Assembly (NCBI GenBank): GCA_021734325.1
Contig: JAIPJF010000008.1
Coordinates: 4,136-68,135, forward strand
Direction of reading: 5' to 3'
DNA length: 64,000 nt
Source: Fidelibacterota bacterium
GTDB taxonomy: Bacteria > Fidelibacterota > UBA8477 > JABMPR01
Positions 60,341-64,000 of this stretch are shown here, one piece after another. Both the position numbers and the translations under genes were made by a program. Under the pieces are notes generated by a model that saw only the letters and a program-made list of their open reading frames with translations, did not search any database and was not told where the DNA came from. Numbering within the stretch: the stretch's first letter is position 1; every line of letters starts with the position of its first letter.

Positions 60341-62614
60341 ATGTCTCAAACATCAAAGCAGATCAGAAAACGTCTCCTCGTGAATGGCATCGTCCAGGGG
60401 GTCGGCTTTCGACCCTATGTTTATAATCTTGCCCGCAGCTTGAATCTCACCGGGACCGTTTCCAATACTGCCAATGGTGTGAATATAGAAATTCAAGGGT
60501 CTCAGGCACAATTGGAGGCATTCGGTCGCCGCTTTGAAGCTGATGCTCCCCCACTTTCAATCATCACCTCGATTAGCGAGGAGATTATAGAATTGGGATC
60601 GGAAACCGAGTTCACCATCGTCCACTCAAGTGGAGATAGTGCAGTCTCAACTTTGATATCACCTGATGTCGCTCTATGTCCCGATTGCCAAAGTGAGCTC
60701 TTCGATCCTGATAATCGTCGCTATCGGTATCCTTTCATCAATTGCACCAATTGTGGTCCGCGATATACGATTATCGATAATATCCCCTACGACCGGCCAT
60801 TTACCTCCATGAAGCATTTTCCCTTGTGTCCGGCATGTAAGTCCGAGTATGAAAATCCTGGCGATCGTCGATTTCACGCACAGCCAAATGCCTGTCCTGA
60901 ATGTGGTCCACTCGTATGGCTCTGTGATTCCCAAAATAGACCCTTACCGGCGAGGGATCCAATCAGGGAGGCCATTCGCTTGCTCGAGCAAAGTAATATC
61001 CTGGCGATCAAGGGCCTGGGAGGATTCCATTTAGCAGTTGATGCAAAAAATCAGGCGGCCGTTGCACGATTGAGAAAGGCAAAGGGGCGGGATGAAAAGC
61101 CCTTTGCACTCATGGTCCGTGACCTCAGTACCGCAGATAAATACGTCATACTTAACACTGCAGTACGGGAAACACTCACTTCGATCCAGGCACCTATCCT
61201 TTTAGCTCAAGCCAGACCTGATAATGACCTGGCGAATAACATCGCTCCGGGATCAGATCGGCTGGGGATCATGCTTCCCTATACACCCCTGCATCATCTC
61301 CTTTTAAATGAAGCACTGGATGTGTTGGTTATGACCAGTGCAAATTTCAGTGAAGAACCCATCTGCATTGAGAATGAGGAAGCCTTGAGCAGATTATCAG
61401 GCATGGCAGACTATTTTCTTTTTCATAATCGTGATATTTACCTCCGTAGCGATGACTCTGTTGTCACGGAGATGGCTGGCAGCATTCGTCCGCTAAGGCG
61501 CAGCAGAGGCTACGCACCACGACCGGTATTTTTAAAGCAGAAAGGTCCTTCAGTCCTGGCCGTTGGCGGTGAACTAAAGAATACCGTGGCAATCTCCAAA
61601 GATGAAAAAGTATTTCTCAGCCAGCATATTGGCGATCTGGAGAATCTGGAAGCCTACGAATTTTTCCAGCTTACCATTTCCCACTTGAAAAGGATTTTTG
61701 AAATTGAACCTGAACTGATAGTTCACGATCTTCATCCAGAATACCTGTCTACCAAATGGGCAAGGGAACAAAGTATGCCCACGCTTCCGGTCCAGCACCA
61801 CTATAGCCACATGGCTTCCTGTATGGCTGAAAACGACCTGAATGAACCTGTAATCGGGATCATCCTCGATGGTACTGGCTATGGAACAGATGGAACGATT
61901 TGGGGCGGTGAGATTCTCATTGGCGATTTGAATGGATTTCAAAGAAAAGCATATTTTGATCCCATGCCCCTGCCTGGAGGCGAAGCAGCTATCAAAGCAC
62001 CCTGGCGTACAGGCTTGAGCTATCTTCACCATAGGTATGGACGTAATCTGCCAGATATTCCGGCCCTGGCAGGACGCGAATTATCCCCGATTATTGAAAT
62101 GATAGAAACCAACATAAATTCTCCTCTGACCAGTAGTTGTGGTCGTCTGTTTGATGCTGTGGCCTCACTGTCTGGAGGTCGACAGGAGATTCGCTATGAA
62201 GCTCAGGCAGCTATTGAGTTCATGCAGGTTGCAGGGAATGACCTCGGCCAGGATTTCACCCACTTCAACTTGATCCAGATGAATGATCAACATATCATAT
62301 CTGTATCTCATATAATAGAAGAGTTAGTGAAGCGAATAAAGAAGCAATCCTCTCTCCCTGTTTTGAGCCAATGGTTTCATCACAGTCTTGTAAAATCCTT
62401 TGTCGATCTCACACTGCTACTCAGAGAGGAAACCAAGATAAATAAAATTGTCCTGAGTGGTGGGGTCTTTCAGAATCGGCTTTTATTTGAAGGACTTGAA
62501 GCAGCACTGAAGAAGGAAAAATTAGAGATTTACTCGCACACCCAAGTACCGACCAATGATGGTGGACTGGCATTAGGACAAGTAGTTGTTGGCCAAAACT
62601 ACTTGCGGAAGTAA
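60341..62614 (+). CDS. hypF: [NiFe]-hydrogenase maturation carbamoyltransferase HypF
   Basis: It has an acylphosphatase-like N-terminus (VQGVGFRPYV), two CxxC-x18-CxxC zinc fingers (CPDCQSEL...CTNCGPRY and CPACKSEY...CPECGP), and YrdC-like and Kae1-like domains. Confidence 0.93.
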   Translation: MSQTSKQIRKRLLVNGIVQGVGFRPYVYNLARSLNLTGTVSNTANGVNIEIQGSQAQLEAFGRRFEADAPPLSIITSISEEIIELGSETEFTIVHSSGDSAVSTLISPDVALCPDCQSELFDPDNRRYRYPFINCTNCGPRYTIIDNIPYDRPFTSMKHFPLCPACKSEYENPGDRRFHAQPNACPECGPLVWLCDSQNRPLPARDPIREAIRLLEQSNILAIKGLGGFHLAVDAKNQAAVARLRKAKGRDEKPFALMVRDLSTADKYVILNTAVRETLTSIQAPILLAQARPDNDLANNIAPGSDRLGIMLPYTPLHHLLLNEALDVLVMTSANFSEEPICIENEEALSRLSGMADYFLFHNRDIYLRSDDSVVTEMAGSIRPLRRSRGYAPRPVFLKQKGPSVLAVGGELKNTVAISKDEKVFLSQHIGDLENLEAYEFFQLTISHLKRIFEIEPELIVHDLHPEYLSTKWAREQSMPTLPVQHHYSHMASCMAENDLNEPVIGIILDGTGYGTDGTIWGGEILIGDLNGFQRKAYFDPMPLPGGEAAIKAPWRTGLSYLHHRYGRNLPDIPALAGRELSPIIEMIETNINSPLTSSCGRLFDAVASLSGGRQEIRYEAQAAIEFMQVAGNDLGQDFTHFNLIQMNDQHIISVSHIIEELVKRIKKQSSLPVLSQWFHHSLVKSFVDLTLLLREETKINKIVLSGGVFQNRLLFEGLEAALKKEKLEIYSHTQVPTNDGGLALGQVVVGQNYLRK

Positions 62615-62656
62615 ATTGATTGAAACTTTATTAACATACTAGTCAGGATATGAGAT

Positions 62657-62929
62657 ATGTGTTTAGCTATTCCCGGAAAATTGTTGGAAGTATTTGAAGA
62701 AAATGGATTAAAAATGGGAAATATCGATTTCGCCGGATCAGTAAGCAAAGCCTGTTTGGAATATGTCCCGGAGATCGAAGTGGGTCAGTACACAATTGTT
62801 CATGCCGGTTTTGCCCTTTCTGTTTTAAATGAAGAAGAGGCTAAAAATTCATTTGATGCCTGGGATGACCTTATCGATCGCGCTAATAAAGAAGGAATTG
62901 AGATCGATAAACTGGAACGACCCAATTGA
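62657..62929 (+). CDS. hypC: Hydrogenase assembly chaperone HypC/HupF family
   Basis: It has the MCLAIPG N-terminus with the essential Cys2 and is 90 aa long. Confidence 0.9.
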   Translation: MCLAIPGKLLEVFEENGLKMGNIDFAGSVSKACLEYVPEIEVGQYTIVHAGFALSVLNEEEAKNSFDAWDDLIDRANKEGIEIDKLERPN

Positions 62930-64000
62930 AATATTTAGATGAGTTCCGGGATCCGGTCATTGCAAAGCGGATCCTGGACGAGATCCATCGTATTACCACA
63001 CAGCCATGGGTGATCATGGAAATTTGCGGTGGTCAAACCCATTCCATCATACGGAATGGAATTGATCAAGTCCTGCCAAAAGAAATTGAATTGGTACATG
63101 GGCCTGGCTGTCCCGTTTGTGTTACCCCCCTGGAATTGATCGACCAGGCCATTGAGATCGCCAGTCGACCTGAGGTGATATTCACCAGTTTTGGCGACAT
63201 GCTGAGAGTACCTGGGAGCCACAAGGATCTTTTCATGGTCCGGTCTGAAGGCGGCGATGTCCGAACCGTTTTCTCACCTTTGGAGAGTCTCAAGATCGCC
63301 CGTGAAAATCCCAATAAGGAAGTGGTTTTCTTTGCCGTCGGCTTTGAGACCACGGCACCCGGTAATGCCATGGCCGTTGCCCAGGCCGCAAAAGAAGGAC
63401 TTAAAAATTTTAGCGAACTGGTGAGTCACGTGCTGGTTCCACCGGCCATGGAAGCCTTGCTCTCCTCCGCTAAAAATCGCGTTCAGGGATATCTGGCTGC
63501 CGGGCATGTCTGCACCGTTATGGGATGGGATGAATACACTCCCATAGCAGAAAAATACAAGGTACCAATCGTGATCACAGGGTTTGAGCCCATGGATGTG
63601 CTGGATGGTATATTGCACACAGTGAAACAACTGGAAGCAGGGACTTACCAGGTAGAAAACCGCTATGCCAGAATCGTTGAAGAAGGTGGCAACCAGCCTG
63701 CACAGGCACTTATTCGTGATGTGTATGAGGTGAGCGATCGAAAATGGAGAGGGATCGGTGAAATTCCTCTCAGTGGCTTCAAAATACGGGCAAAATACGC
63801 TGATCATGATGCTGAGCTGAAATTCAATGTCGGGGATATCAAAGCCGACGAGCCTGAAATTTGCATCAGCGGTGTGATCCTTCAGGGATTGAAGAAACCC
63901 CACGATTGTCAAGCTTTCGGAAAGGAATGCACACCGCAACATCCCTTGGGTGCTACTATGGTCTCCAGCGAAGGTGCCTGTGCTGCCTACTATAAATACC
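62926..64000 (+). CDS. hypD: Hydrogenase maturation protein HypD (3' end truncated by the window edge)
   Basis: It is not in the ORF track. My translation from the TTG at 62926, which overlaps the hypC stop (TTGA), gives [20 protein letters not shown]...[11 protein letters not shown]...[11 protein letters not shown]...GFETTAP...[13 protein letters not shown]. Confidence 0.85.
   Translation, partial: MKYLDEFRDPVIAKRILDEIHRITTQPWVIMEICGGQTHSIIRNGIDQVLPKEIELVHGPGCPVCVTPLELIDQAIEIASRPEVIFTSFGDMLRVPGSHKDLFMVRSEGGDVRTVFSPLESLKIARENPNKEVVFFAVGFETTAPGNAMAVAQAAKEGLKNFSELVSHVLVPPAMEALLSSAKNRVQGYLAAGHVCTVMGWDEYTPIAEKYKVPIVITGFEPMDVLDGILHTVKQLEAGTYQVENRYARIVEEGGNQPAQALIRDVYEVSDRKWRGIGEIPLSGFKIRAKYADHDAELKFNVGDIKADEPEICISGVILQGLKKPHDCQAFGKECTPQHPLGATMVSSEGACAAYYKY

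Overview
This is a densely coding bacterial chromosomal window with about 60 genes. I found no rRNA, tRNA, CRISPR array or recognisable mobile element by eye. The gene content suggests a Gram-negative organism of the FCB-superphylum type, possibly Marinimicrobia-, Ignavibacteria- or Calditrichota-like: CarboxypepD_reg-type TonB-dependent receptors, DUF4249- and DUF5916-like proteins, GH57, TrmB and sigma-54 regulation. That placement is inference only and I cannot verify it here. Main blocks, left to right: (1) A lipoprotein, a DECR-type SDR, a TonB-dependent receptor and an ECF sigma factor. (2) A minus-strand carbohydrate cluster of trmB, a Cys-less GAPDH paralog, canonical gap, a GH57 glucanotransferase and alpha-glucan phosphorylase. 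(3) An MMPL, TetR, MMPL, LolA-like and outer-membrane-barrel export cluster. (4) An M1 metallopeptidase fused to an Omp85-type beta-barrel, followed by aspS. (5) A DUF5916-like protein, a second TonB receptor with a DUF4249-like lipoprotein, and DAHP synthase. (6) A ZraPSR-like sigma-54 two-component module with a three-gene envelope operon. (7) One long co-directional string: parA, parB, M23 peptidase, bactofilin, atpZ, atpI and atpBEFHAGDC. (8) A putative sigma-54-driven operon encoding a Cys-rich MerR regulator, Psr-type molybdopterin oxidoreductase ABC, a split YeeE/YedE and an unusual rhodanese-like protein. (9) hypA, hypB, hypF, hypC and a partial hypD. The candidates most worth follow-up are the catalytically dead GAPDH paralog coupled to gap, the M1-peptidase/Omp85 fusion, and the Psr-associated sulfur-handling module. 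In that module the rhodanese-like protein lacks the active-site Cys but ends in a flexible tail with a terminal GGC. Several track ORF starts were trimmed to internal ATGs with better RBS or signal-peptide context. All functional calls rest on motif-level reading of the translations, and no database search was possible.
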